Below are positions 38,758 to 51,900 of a DNA stretch of 64,000 nucleotides, piece after piece. A program made the translations under genes and the position numbers. Below the pieces are notes generated by a model. That model saw only the letters and a program-made list of their open reading frames with translations, was not told where the DNA came from and did not search any database. The stretch lies in the NCBI RefSeq assembly GCF_001949145.1, contig NW_019091359.1:3832460-3896459 (forward strand), in the 5' to 3' direction. Source of the DNA: Acanthaster planci. Taxonomy: Eukaryota. Positions within the stretch are counted from its first letter, which is position 1, and every line of letters starts with the position of its first letter.

Positions 38758-40008
38758 TTATGGAATTCTATATTTGCCGTCGCCCGTCGTGCGTCGCATT
38801 TTGCTTTTTGTTGTGTCTCAATTCTGCCATTTACCTGTTCCAAACATGCCATTTTCCGTCGTGCGTCGCCCGTCGTACGTCTCCCGTGTTTTTTTTTGTC
38901 ACGATTGCGCAGTGGTATTTTTAAATTTGACCCTTGATCGTTTCACATGTACATGTCCTTGTTCGATCGATCCACCATGCCTGACTCTCATTTTAGCAAT
39001 AGAACTAGAAGATGTACATGTATTCCTTTTTGCAGTTTCGCCAAACTCCAATTGAAAGAAGAAATAATATCCTGACATCTGTTAAGTAACGTTTATATGA
39101 AATAATACCATTTTGGTTACATAAATAAACTAACAAAATAGACTTTTGTTAGGGTAGATTGTTTTTTCTCGATAACTTAGTTACTCTAGACGTAACTTTA
39201 CTCATTAACAGCCTGACTTTAGGTCTATAGGCTATGTAATATTTCTGTCTGCCCCTGCACGATATCCCACAGAACGGAATGTAAATAATAGATTATTTAC
39301 AATATTTGATTCCTTAATAGTTTTCATAAGAGACGAACTGATTCAACATTATTTTGAGGGCGGGTATACCTATAATGAAATCTGCTGTATACTCCAAATT
39401 AGATAAGACTTTAGTTGCAGGTTGGCTCACAGAAGTATTTTAATTTAAACAGTAACGTTACTTGTTAGCCTGTAAATAATGCTGATGTGCTGGACANNNN
39501 NNNNNNNNNNNNNNNNNNNNNTTGCCCCATAACAATACATTTAATAAACAGTTTGTTATCCACAGCACGTCTAGCATTTCTGGATTTCAAGGTGAAATTG
39601 AGAGGACAAGATGGAATATCTGTATCGGTTGGCAGATTTCTTCTTGGAATTTGATGCAAAGAAGTCGGCACATTTTTACACTATGCAAATTAGAACAACA
39701 CTGTGGATAAGTTGGCCGGAACATTTTTGCTGAAAATATTCCCCCCCCCCAAAAAACACTTGGTTGAATTCTCCGAGAGGTGATATTTTCTTGTCAAGGG
39801 GCAGGGATAGTCTAGCATTATTGGAATTAATTATGTGACTAGTATATGCTTTGCGGGTGGGATTTGTACTTGCCTTATTCGGAAAAGATCTTTAAAGGGG
39901 AATGGAATCATCACATCGTCATTTGTTAAACCCCGGCTTTTGCAGGTCCTATGCAACTCATTTGATGGGCGACGCACGACGCACGACGGCAGATATGGAA
40001 TTCCATAA
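38758..40008. repeat. 40-bp inverted repeat pair ~1.2 kb apart
   Basis: 38758-38797 (TTATGGAATTCTATATTTGCCGTCGCCCGTCGTGCGTCGC) vs the reverse complement of 39969-40008: 36/40 identical. A partial third copy is at ~38856-38880. Confidence 0.8.
39497..39521. other. Assembly gap (25 N)
   Basis: Run of Ns. Confidence 0.99.
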
Positions 40009-40619
40009 CTACGTGATCGTTTAAATGGCAGTGTGTAGATTATCATGTCGCCCTGCTGGTCTTGGGCAAACTTGGAATAGCGCACCCATATGAGCGTACT
40101 CTTACAGCTTTACTATGATAACTGGGGAGCACCCCTAAAGATAAAATCCCATAGACACCGATGATAAATCCTTATATTTCAAAATTATTTTTTAAAATAT
40201 TCACAGGTGTCCAGGCTGGACAGAAAGATTATGCTTGACATGTCTTCTTTCATTTTCCTTTAAGTTTTTAGTGGGTTGACCGATGAATTTTTTAAAAGAA
40301 ATTCTCACCCAAAGTGGACCACCCCTAAAATGAAGGAAATTTCACTGCCCGGAAAAGCAGCCATTTTGAAAATGCATCCCTCTGCAAAACGGATAAATAG
40401 TGCCACTTTCGGATCAAATTGCATCCTAATTGCTCGGAATTGGAAACCCTGAGTCCAGGCCAGGGGTTCAGTGCCATCAATTCCCTCTCAGGACTCTCTA
40501 CATGTAATAATGAAATGAGCTCTCAAGCCAAGCTAATGAAACAGCGTCCTCTGTTGACCAATATTTTGACAGCCGTTTTTAAAACCCACTGGTATTCTAG
40601 CCCTTTTCATTACGATAAT

Positions 40620-40895
40620 GCTGTCATGTTACGTGTACCAGCGCTCACACGTACGTCGATAAACTTCCCGCACACACCACAATGGACGGCATCATCGGGT
40701 TGGTATGCGGATAAAAATCAAGCTTTCCTCCACTTGCGATGTACCCACACCAACGGCAACACTAACACTTGTCATGCTTGTTCTTAACTTGGCGATGAGA
40801 AACTTCCGAAATGTCTTGCTTTAGGGATAATGGGAAGAACATTTATTTCAATTAGCCAGTCTTCAACTGAAACTTCAAACTAGCTGTCAAGCAAG
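40620..40895 (+). promoter_or_regulatory. Putative promoter and non-coding first exon of FRMD4
   Basis: A CpG-rich stretch ends in the consensus donor CAAG|GTGAGT (40896-40901). Splicing to 47343 gives AAG|ATG in good Kozak context, and intron-like composition starts just downstream. TSS not determined. Confidence 0.5.
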
Positions 40896-41097
40896 GTGAG
40901 TCCACAATAGCTTTTGAAGTTTTGTAGGCCTAGCGCCAACACCAGGATTTCCTTCTGTTTTTGAAAGCCCAACAGCAAACCAGCACTGCGTGGTTGGATG
41001 TCGTGGATATTGACATGATGGAGTATGTTTTGTGTGCAAGACGTTTGACTAATATTAATTCTTCCTCTAAAAAGGAAAGAGTTCCATCATGTAGGCC

Positions 41098-41192
41098 TAC
41101 TTCGAGAACTATAAGTCACTACTCCGGCGTCATGTCCGTCACACGGAGTATGATCTAATGACGGAGTAGTGACTTAGAGAGTTCTCTAAGTA
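41098..41192. mobile_element. Small TA-flanked palindromic MITE (~91 bp)
   Basis: TACTTCGAGAACTATAAGTCACTACTCCG vs the reverse complement TACTTAGAGAACTCTCTAAGTCACTACTCCG is near-perfect, with a 2-nt indel. Confidence 0.65.
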
Positions 41193-42937
41193 CATGTACA
41201 TGTGATTGTAGGCCTAAAAACAGGCGCCGCTTGACACCCTGTGCACAAACTCTGTGAGGTTAATTTGAAAAATTCTCAGTGTTATCTCAGTAAACAAATT
41301 GATTTTTTCCCTATTAAATTTAATTGTTCTGGACATGTGTTTGCATTCTGACGGCTAAATAGAAATAGGTTTCTGTAGGGAAATAATTACAGACATCTGT
41401 ATATGGAACTCTGACTCCCCTCCTAACCATGTTATGAAACATACTTAATTTTCTTGTCGCCAAGCAATGTTGGTCATGGTCATGACATGATGTAGGCCTA
41501 CATGATGTTTTGGTTCATACTTCAAAGGCTAACATTACTTTCAAAGTAGCCCAATGAGATTGGCAAGGAATAACCTCATACATGTAGTACAATGTACTTA
41601 CGGGGTTTGTAAATTTTGGGACCCTCTTTGTTTTTATCATTCTTACAAAAGGGGTCGACCTCCTGAAGGCTGAAAACTGAAACCACCAACAGTATCCTCC
41701 ATAGAGTCAGCTATTTTTTTAAATCTCAATATTATCTTATTTCACAATTTCTTAATTGATATATTTCATTATTTGTCTCACCTGTAATCTATTTTCCTGT
41801 GACTGCTCCATATCTGAATGCAAATTTTTTACAGTAATTCTTTATACTAGTCTTGACTGTACAATCTCTTATTTATTTTGTCTACATTATTTTTAATTTA
41901 CACATGTAATATTTTAGCTGGTTTTTATCATTATATTTATGTCTATGTTTTGTTTCATGTGGTACAACAAGGAGAGCCACTTGACTGTGATTAGGTTTGC
42001 TGTTGGTAATCCTTCGTGGGTGGTCCTGTATTTGTAAACTGTCTTTGTATTTTCTGTTTGTCCACTATGGTTTTGTTGTCCTGAGAAATAATAAATGACA
42101 TGAAACCTCCAAAACAGTGCAGTCTTGGGCAGTGTTTTTATTTACAGAACCCATTTGTTCGTTCCCATATTTGAGTTTTGCTTAGTGATAGGCCTATACA
42201 TGTACTGATGATATAAATAGGTATTAGTTTTGAAATAAGGTAATAGTTTTATCTACTGCTCATTAGTTCTCTTTTAGTTTAACTAGTAAGGAAAGAGTTC
42301 CATACATGTATATGGACAACAGATGATGACCTTGTGGACAAACGTGTGAGACTTGTCTGCAAAAAACCCTGTTTTTCCAAGTAAATGCTTCAGAATTTTC
42401 TTAGCTACCAGTAAATTCCATTTTTAATGACGTTTTCACTTTCTGATGGCTGTTATAATACTCATTATTACTTGTTATTGGAAAATTAGTGTTGTCCGTA
42501 CATGTATATGGGACTCATTCCAGTGGTAGTGTCTGGTGCCTAGAGCGTTGTCATATCGATACCACATAACCCAACATGGTCCCCGACTACACTTTGATAC
42601 ATGTGTGCTATAAGCAATGTGCCGCACATTATAGTTTTAGGTTCTGCACACAAAACGCTTTAAGTTTGTTTTGCTGTTTGTATGAAGACAACATGACTGT
42701 TTTTTGCTGATTTAATGAGATGCAGTGTACTTACATGTGTGTTTGGAAAAAGATTTATATAATAAAAACACTTTTAAACAATATAAAATGGAAAAAAAAA
42801 TCATATGACATATAAATCTCATAATGAAATTTAAATGGCTTTATATATCATATAAAGCATGGCTACATGTAGAGCCTGTGTCTATAAATACCAGTAGGCC
42901 TATTGGAAAACCCACAGTTAATATTTTATTGTTTGAT

Positions 42938-43030
42938 AGAGGTTGTGGGTTCGAGTCTCATCCGAGTATTAAGCTTGGGAATTTTTTCACAAGCCCGTGG
43001 ACAACACCGAGCATAGAAGTGTTGAGTATA
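42938..43030 (+). mobile_element. tRNA-derived SINE fragment (5'-truncated)
   Basis: AGAGGTTGTGGGTTCGAGTCTCATCCGAGT contains a Pol III B-box / T-arm (GGTTCGAGTC, 42948-42957). No A-box or cloverleaf. Confidence 0.5.
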
Positions 43031-46000
43031 TGCATGTACGTTTCTCAGCACCCATAATTGAAAAAAAAGAGAAAAAATTAAAAAAGAAAAATGAATTATC
43101 ATCTTGACACAATATGCTTGGCTCATTTGAAGACTGAAATAAGGATGGCACAAATGTTGAAACCTTGTGTATCATGTAGCCCATTCACTGGTATGTTTCA
43201 TTACAAAACCTTATTTATGATGAAGCGTGCACATATTAACTGTATTGTATACGGGTACATGTACATGTATGGTATCCATATGGGTTAATAATTTAATTGA
43301 ATTTTGACAGTGCTGATCTATGGGCAGGCATGCTTTTCCTTATGTACACTGTGTATGGTTCTTACCATCAGTTGGACGAGTATTGGTTAGACAAACAATG
43401 TGCCGGGTAAAATTTGCACTGTAAGTTCACAGGCTGTCAGTGTTTGGAAGTCAAGTTTTTGAGATGGTAATTTATGAATTACATTACAAATCTTGTGACT
43501 TTCTGTTGGTGGTTGCCCTTTGTCATGTCTGGTGGTACAGGTTCGTATTCGTGTAACCAACCTTGTAGACAATGGCCCATTTTCTGCTGAGAATAGGAAA
43601 GCAGAAACTGGCTTCATTCAGCTGAGTTCTTCATTCATAAACTGGAGTAGTCCTACCCACAGGCATTTCTTGCCTGATTGGATCTATTGTCTGCATGTTG
43701 GGAAGTTCCAACTTGTGTTTCCGACTTTCTAGGGATCTTACTTTTTTAGTTCCCAGAACTAAAGAAGAGTGATTGATTGCAATTCATCATTGGTCAGCAT
43801 ATGCAGTATAAACCATTTTCAAGTTTGTCTTTTGAACTATTTTCTGGTGCCATGTATGATGTTATACAAAGTTTATACTAAAACATGTTATTCAGTTAGT
43901 TAAAATTGCATGTGCCTGTTACAAACAGTCCTGAGAAGCTGATGCCTAAGTTGTACATGTACATGTAAGGTTCTGAGTTCAAGGCCATTGTGAATTTACA
44001 TTTGTGACAGTCTTTATGTTTAAGTCAAGTGAACCAGGAATCAAAATTGTGTTGGACTAGTGGACCGAGGTCAGTGATTTTGGCATTGGTGCGTTACACT
44101 CATGACCAAACGGCTGGACAGTCTACTGTTTTGTAAACTGTACAAGTATTCACCAAATTAAAATCCAACCAACTTATAGATAAAGTGTAGTTTTTCAAAG
44201 TTTTCAAGCCCTGCCACTATTTGAGAATGCAACATTGCTATACTACATGTGGTACATGTACATTGTACAGTGTGGTACATGTACATGTACATTGTACAGT
44301 GTGGTACATGTACATCATGTGTGCATATATGTGTACAGAGTGATGATGCAGAGGAAATGTAACTCCTTTGATATCTCCTTCATGACATGATGACATACAT
44401 GTTTGCTTGACAATTTTAACGCCAAGGTGTCATAGCCAAGGTGTCATAGCCAAGATTAGAGACTAAGATGCTTGTTGATGATAGGATGAGTTGGCCTGGT
44501 GTCTCTGCTTGTCACACACACATGGATTGTGCATTCTATTGACCTTGCATATTGTGGCATTTTGAAGGTTTAGTTGTAGCTTGAATATATATGCTGCCAG
44601 TTCTGCTGTGTGAGTGTACAGTCCGACACTATTACATGTAAATGAAATTCTGGACAGATCTTGTCCGAGAATAAAATAAACAAAATTACAGGGGAAAAAT
44701 GTGTGTTCTTACTGGTACATGTACCTCGTACTGTAGATGTAGCAAGATGGAACTGATTCTTAAAAAATGGAAACTGTCCTAGATACGGTACAGTACATGT
44801 ACGGGTGTACTTGTATATGTACACATGGAGTAGATAAAGCACAGGTGTAAGGAATTGACAATAATCGCTTCAAACCGTAAGGTGAGTAAATATTAGTGTT
44901 ATCTAAAGTATAATTGTATGTTACATGACAGTTCCTTTTGATTCTTTCACTTCTTTTGTTTATGTGCAATTGAAATTAAACAGCTGGACTTTGTGAATGT
45001 TCATGAAACCGCACAGATCATGTACATGTTAATGGAAGCGTAATAATGATTACAGTGAAAGCAGAAAAATGAACTCATCAAATAATTTCCTGAAACACAG
45101 AGCAGCCCACTCATTCCAAAACAAGCACTTTAGTGTTAGTTATTAATTTTATTGTTTACAGAACTAGTCACAGTTTATATTTGCAGCACTCAGTGATTAT
45201 ATGTACCTGTACCTTGGCCAGCTGTGATTTTGTGTATTTAGATAAGGCCACAATATTTTATTGAGCACAGTGTTGACTGTGTATTCTGCTTGATATTGTA
45301 AAGGGATCACTCCCTTTTCCATTTCTGGTCAGCCTTTCTGGCGTCAAGGAGCTTGTTTGTTTTTCCTGAACACACAGAAATGTTCTAGGTCTGTGTACAT
45401 TACCTGACATTCCAATCTTTTTGACACTTGCAGTAGTTACTGTATCAGTGACGGTGTGAACTTTGTTTGGCTAGTTGAAGTTTGGCGGCTGTTTTCTATC
45501 ATTTATGATGTATAGTATGCGTACAGTGGAAATTAAATTAATGTGTGGTATTTGATCATTATGTGGTTGTACATGTACCTGTAAGTGGTTCTGTGGCTGT
45601 GACTTAAATACCTTCTCAGTTACCTTGCATAGCCACTCTTTTGGTGAGACTGATTGCACAGAATATTGTTCACACAAACTCTGTGTGTTTGAATGTCCTT
45701 CAACTTGAATCTGTTTGTTTGACAACCACAGCATGGAACATGATATGCTTGGTCCTCTGCTCAATGTACATGTAAGTTTATCATGCCATTATTCAGCTTC
45801 AAAAAATGTACTAGTTAAGTACATGTACATGTACATGTATGCATGTGCATAGTGCACATTATCGATGCATGCACAGTGTACATGTTCATGTAGTTTTGTA
45901 GCTTTAAGGTTTATGCTGCATCGGTATGATCATTGTACTGTACATGTGCATGTGTACAAACTTGTACATGTAGAGTACATTCCATGAGTTTCATTACACA

Positions 46001-46637
46001 TGAGGCCTAATTAGAGTACTTAATTGTCCTGTTTGTTTTGTGATGAACTCTACTGCTTGTGTATACGCACTGATATGGCATAAAAAACCTTCATTTAATT
46101 CTTGGACCTGTTAGCATGGCTTGAAAATTGTTGCTCAATTTTTGTCAATACAAATTTGCATTCTGACAATACAGCATCCATAGACTACAGTACACTGTAC
46201 ATGACTCACAGCTGTTGCATTCACAAGAATCAATACTGCATGTTTTATGCAGATTGGGATGAGTATTTGTGTGTTTTCTAAATTCACAAGGATAAAATTT
46301 GCCTCTACATGTGTATGCACACATGTACATGCACAGTACATGTACTGGTACATTGTATATTAAGAACAATCCAACTGGACTTGTGTGTCTCAAAAACGTT
46401 GCAGTGCGTTATTTTATCCACAATACAAGTGTCAGTCATGTGTACGTGCGCTTGATACAGATTACACTTACAGAAGCATGTCTTTAGACTCTTGTCAAAT
46501 CTGGACAACTCAAGTTTTTATTTGTTCTCTGAGTTTTCAGATGTAAAAGGCAACCAATGAAAACATGACTACACCACCTGCACATGGTACGCGAGGCCCG
46601 GCTGCGGCTTTTGTGACTGATTTTATCCTTCAAAGTT

Positions 46638-46710
46638 TACTGTATTCATTTGTAAGCCGACCGGCGTATAAGCCGCAGGGACAGCATGAGAATCAATGTA
46701 TAAGCCGTGG
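46638..46710 (+). mobile_element. Tc2/pogo-like terminal fragment
   Basis: TACTGTATT followed by three (TA)TAAGCCG repeats resembles the TA-CCGTATT...TATAAGCCG termini of Tc2/pogo-type elements after CpG decay. No partner TIR found. Confidence 0.35.
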
Positions 46711-47342
46711 TGCATGGAGATCAAGTACTGTACATGTACATGCATACATGTACACATGGGTGCGCTTATACATGGGGCCTTGTGGGGTACCGGAACAATG
46801 GGAAGTACCTCACAAGGCCAGTTTTTACTTTGTAGGGTACCAAAATTGGTACCCCACAAGAATTTCAGGAAGCTGATATTTGGAAATAACTCAGAAAGGG
46901 AAAATTTTTGATGGGTAAAACCCATTGCAAATTGAAGTGTTTTATATACATGCAAGGGACATACGGTCGAAATTTCAACCCAGGAAACTGAATTTGGTTT
47001 AAATTGGAGTGATTTGAAATTTTGTGTGTGTTGTGTGGGAGTTTTTTACACAAGAACAAAGGGAATAACCCACAAGTACAGTTGTGTAAGGATGGGTGGA
47101 CCAATAATGTACAACAAGAGCTTTGAGGCTGTTACATGCATGCGTGGATTATGTACGTGTATGTTACAATGTACGGTACGTTACAAAAAAGTTACTGTTA
47201 ACAGCTGGAGATTTCATTTAAATCTTTCAAGATGACTGGTTAACTTGCGTAGCCCAAAGAAATTCACAATATCATACATGTATGTACAGTGTAAGGATTA
47301 CATGTTATTTCATGGAATTTGGAAATTTTTGTTTGGTTTCAG

Positions 47343-47408
47343 ATGACTGACGGACGACGGACCCAGGTTGTGCTGCTGGATGACAAACGTGTGGACCTTG
47401 TTGTTCAG
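47343..47408 (+). CDS. FRMD4: FERM domain-containing protein 4 (FRMD4A/B homolog), first recognisable coding exon
   Basis: MTDGRRTQVVLLDDKRVDLVVQ resembles FRMD4 MTEGRRCQVHLLDDRKLELLVQ. Acceptor tttcag| and donor CAG|GTATGC, phase 0. Confidence 0.92.
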
Positions 47409-47879
47409 GTATGCTGCTTAATTCCAAAGTAAACATTGTAATATGTAATGGCTTTTACAGTAGTCTAAATGGCTGCTATTATTCAGTCTTACTAAACTAC
47501 ACCTGGATTGGTTAGAAATTGCAGAGGGGGAAAACCAGCTGACTGGCTTGGAAGTTGGTGTACATGCACCTGTAATGTTATCTTTGTGAAGAGTCTCTTT
47601 GGTATTTTGTTTTTGGTTGGGTATTATAATCGGGATGGGATATGAGGGTTAGATGAAATAGCCCATTCAACTAATAGAGGGAACTGTGTTTTTAAGAAAA
47701 TGAATCATCTCACATCAGAAACAATTTGAGCAACTAATGTAAACCAGTCCAGGATGTGTTCATTTTGTGTTAATGTAGTTAAGGCCTTTCTTCTGCTCCA
47801 TGTACATGTATATGTATGTCTAACACAATACCTGAATGCTCTACAGCTGCTGTACATACCGATACATTGTACATGTACT

Positions 47880-48425
47880 TAGCCCTGTGCCCAGGTACTC
47901 ACCCGTCGATATCAAACCTGGTTCCATTTTTCCAGGCCGGGTACCCTTAAAAATTATAATTCATAAATTGGGAACAAAAATCCATGTATACATGTAAAAT
48001 GTCTGTGAAATTTCATACTGAAGGGCAGACTTCCTGAAAAATCACCATGCCGCTAAAAACCGGTCCCGCGGTCATATATGAAACTTCAGTTTGGAGATTG
48101 ACAGCTACATGTACTTTTGTTATGCACTCCCCCGTTGTACTGCAGTCGTTTTCGTAGTTCTGGAATTTTTCTAGTTCACAAAAGTAACAATTTTGATTGA
48201 TAAAAAGGTACATGTACATGTAGGAGAGATTAACTCTGACGTTTAGAACAATGTGCTGCTTGCTTCCTATGTACGAAAAAAGGGCTGTTTTGGGCACATG
48301 GCCCACCGGGATTGCGCGCAATGCCATTTGTTATTAAGTGATCTCTTTTCCAGGTACCCGGGTACCCGATGTTGGCAAAAAAAGGGGTACCCAGTTCCAG
48401 AAATATCTGGAAATGCACACCCCTA
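47880..48425. mobile_element. hAT-type MITE (~546 bp) with GGGTACCC subterminal repeats
   Basis: Ends are TAGCCCTGTGC and GCACACCCCTA. The 8-bp flanks CATGTACT and CTTGTACT match at 7/8. GGTACCC(GGG) motifs lie near both ends. Confidence 0.6.
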
Positions 48426-48684
48426 CTTGTACTAGTATGGTACATACATGTACATTGTACCGGTACATGTACATGTACTAGGGCACATTGTACATGTGGG
48501 CTTACATGTATGTACCGTTATGTTCCCACAGGGGATTGTTCATCCATTACACAAATATCAGGACCTCATGTTAGTGCAACTGTCAGTTGGAAGGTTGTCT
48601 TCAATACAGTTGGTCTACAGATGTACATTTGTACAGTACGTGTACATGTGTATTATGGTGCCGGTAGTGCACGTGTACTGTATG

Positions 48685-48973
48685 GGTGGGCTTTCACTGT
48701 GTTAAGGGGAACATTTCTTTTGCAAGACAAATTAGGACTGAATTGTGGAAATGTTTTTTCTGTCCCATATAACGTCTTTGGTCCCCACAAAATAAAGTAC
48801 ATAAAGTACTCGTACATGTATGTCCCCACAGCTACAGATCAAAAACCATTGTGTGTGTCGTACATGGTAGGCATTCACCGTTTTCAGGGGACAAGTTCTT
48901 TTGTTAGGGAAATTCAAACCGAGTTGTAGGGACATTTTTGACTCCCCACAACGTGTGTGTATGTCCCCACAAG
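48685..48973. repeat. Degenerate ~181-bp duplication with GTCCCCACA motifs (probable transposon subterminal remnant)
   Basis: GGTGGGCTTTCACTGTGTTAAGGGGAACATTTCTTTTG at 48685 resembles GGTAGGCATTCACCGTTTTCAGGGGACAAGTTCTTTTG at 48866. TCCCCACA occurs four times. Confidence 0.5.
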
Positions 48974-51900
48974 TACTGTACATGTACATATACGTTGCCG
49001 GAGTACATGTATTTGTTAAATACATGTACATGTATGCACACTGGTCTACATGTGTTCATGTAAATCTACAAGAAACAATTATTGTACCTCTAGAGAACAT
49101 GTTTGTCTGCACATTTGTATCCCAGTACCCCTGTTGATTCCTCACTGGGGACTCACACATGTCACACAACTTGTACATCAATAAATCAGTCTTCAAATAG
49201 GTTATGAAACTGATCATGCTGGCAATAGTTTTACTTAGGGTTGGGGGCATCATCGTTACCCCAAACATTATTAAGCTGGAGTCTACAGCTACAATTTCAT
49301 TTGGCAAAATGCCAGTATAGCAGATAAATTGTTTATAAAAATGTCAAAAATGTTCATGGAGTTTTCAAATCATCCGGGTATTGCTGAACAACTGGTACAT
49401 GTATATATGTACATGTATGCAGTACCGGTCTATACATGTGTACATGTAAATTGTATATGATCCTGCAGCATTTGGTGAAAACTTAAGGAATCTCAAGAAT
49501 TTATTGTAGCTTGATGGTACATTTACACTGAATATTATAAATTATGAGTTTTGACTGGATAATAAAGACACTAATGTACATGTACGTTTGGTGTCATGCA
49601 CTGACACAGAGTTAATCATCATATTTTATTCAGTTACAGGCAATGTTTCTAGATGTCTGTTTGCCTAAGAAATAAGGGAAGAAATGAACTCTGCTTTATT
49701 GAATGCATCACATACATGTACATACATTTTACATGATGCACATGTACATGTACACATATACCGGTACGTTTACATGCACTTACAAATCCTACCGGTACAT
49801 GTATTGGTACATGTACATACTATGGTACTGTGTGCATGCACAATCCTGCCGCATGTGCATGTACATCCATACTTGTACATGTACACACAGTACATGTGCT
49901 GTGTGTAGATATACATGGTACCTGTATTTCTGTTCAATATCATGTACTGTAGTGAAAACTACAGTAGTACAGTATTTCCCGTACAAATTGATTCTTGTAG
50001 TAGACAGGTCTGTATACATGTATGTAAACATATAGTACATGTACATGTATATATACCGGTACATGTACATGTAGGCCTACTCCTTAAGTTTTCAGGGTAA
50101 ATTTGATTTTCATTGTTTCATGCAGTTATATACACATGTAGTTGATGCAGTTCTCTTCCGAGTAAGCACACATGGTACACTGTACCAGTAACTTCAGTAG
50201 CACTTTGTAGGAGTTGTGACCAGCTCTAGAAAAATGAGTAATACATGTACATGTAAGTCACCAGATTCAGGTCATGAGTTTTGATGTGGCTGGATTCTAT
50301 ACATCAAAAGCTACAATTTGATATATGAATGGCCCCTGTAGTGCGGTGTGTTCCAGAGATAACGGTACATGTTTATAGACATTTGTACATCCACATTTTT
50401 GGATTCAATAAAAGCACTTTTCGAGAAAAAGCTCATAAAGTGTAGTGCTTGAAAACACAATGCTATATAGGATTTCTTACTGAATGATCCATTTTTCGTC
50501 TTTATCATCAGTACATGTATCCATGTTTGTAGTCACAAATTCTGAAAATATAAATAGAAACAATTAAAGGAAAAAAACACAAAAATCACATTTTGAAGAA
50601 ATTTTGCCCTCTCCAAATAGAACAGGCCATTACATGTTTTAGCATTGCCCGACTTATAGGCCTACATGTAATATCCTTTTTTGCAGAGCAGGTCACATTA
50701 TACACATACTGTAGAGTACAGTACATGTACTTCAAAATTTCCTGTCATTGTCAGTGCACAATTTAGAAACAACTGTGCACATTGTAGCCAGATGTGTTTG
50801 TTCCGGTGCAAGTTGTTAATATCAACAATGCCAAGTCCAAAGCCAACGCTGCATTGTACCAGCAGACGCCCTGTCAGTTCTACACTGCAGTCTGTTTGAT
50901 TGATGGTACTTTCTGTCTAGGGTTATTTGCACCAGGGTGTGATCCTATTTGTTCATGTCTGTCGTAATACCAGTGGCATCCTTGGCTAACTCAATCTCTG
51001 TCAGTTCAGGTGCACATACATGTATCTGTGCAGTAACATAGTTGGAGAGTTGAGACTAGCACAGACACAGCCAGTGTATCTACATGTACATACCGGTACA
51101 TGTACATGTATGTACAATATGTACTGGGTACAATTACATGTACGTTCGTGTACTGGTATGTACATGTACATATACAGCCTACAGGGTACATACTGGTACA
51201 TGTATATACTGGGTACAAGTACAATGTGTACAGTATGTATGCGTGCACATGTACATGTATGGGCACATGCCATCAAAATACTTTGTAAGTACTTTCGTAG
51301 ACTACACTCCAGGATTGAATGCCCAGTTACGGTACTGGTACCTACATGTACTGGTACATGTACTGCCGTTATAGTACACAGTTCATCAGTCCCTAAAATT
51401 TGCAATTTTCCCATTTGCAATTTTATAAACCCCCCCGGCTCTCCTGTAGAATTACATGCCTTGATATACCGGTACCTGGTATTTTAGAATACAGTAAAAT
51501 TGAAATTGTACTTGTAGAGTGAACAGTACCGTACATGTGGTTCATATACAGTACATGTACATAAAATAAAAGCAAGATTTTTCATGTCTTAGGAAGAATG
51601 AATCTTGGCTTTGAATTCTAATCATCCATTTTTCTTTCTTACAACTAACAAAATATACTACCGGTATAAGTTTGCAGTTTGCATGTGTTGCGAATCACAA
51701 ATCTATTGAAGTTTGCTGTACTGCATACTGTAAAAAACAAAGTACATGTAAACGTCTTTCAGTAACAGCAGCAAGAATGCTAAACGACCAACTGTACAAA
51801 TATAATCATTTCAAGAGTGAGTAACAAAAGATGAAAGAGATTTATAACTGCTTAAGTTTGACAGACAGCCACACATTCCTATACAGTTGGCCCTGATTAT

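Noticed and set aside
37894..39055. ORFs of 80-150 aa in the CpG-rich inter-promoter region
   Set aside because: No recognisable domain, overlapping ORFs in several frames and no supporting splice signals; this is expected in GC-richer sequence
42938..42970. tRNA gene
   Set aside because: Only a B-box/T-arm is present, with no D-arm, anticodon or acceptor stem; better explained as a SINE fragment
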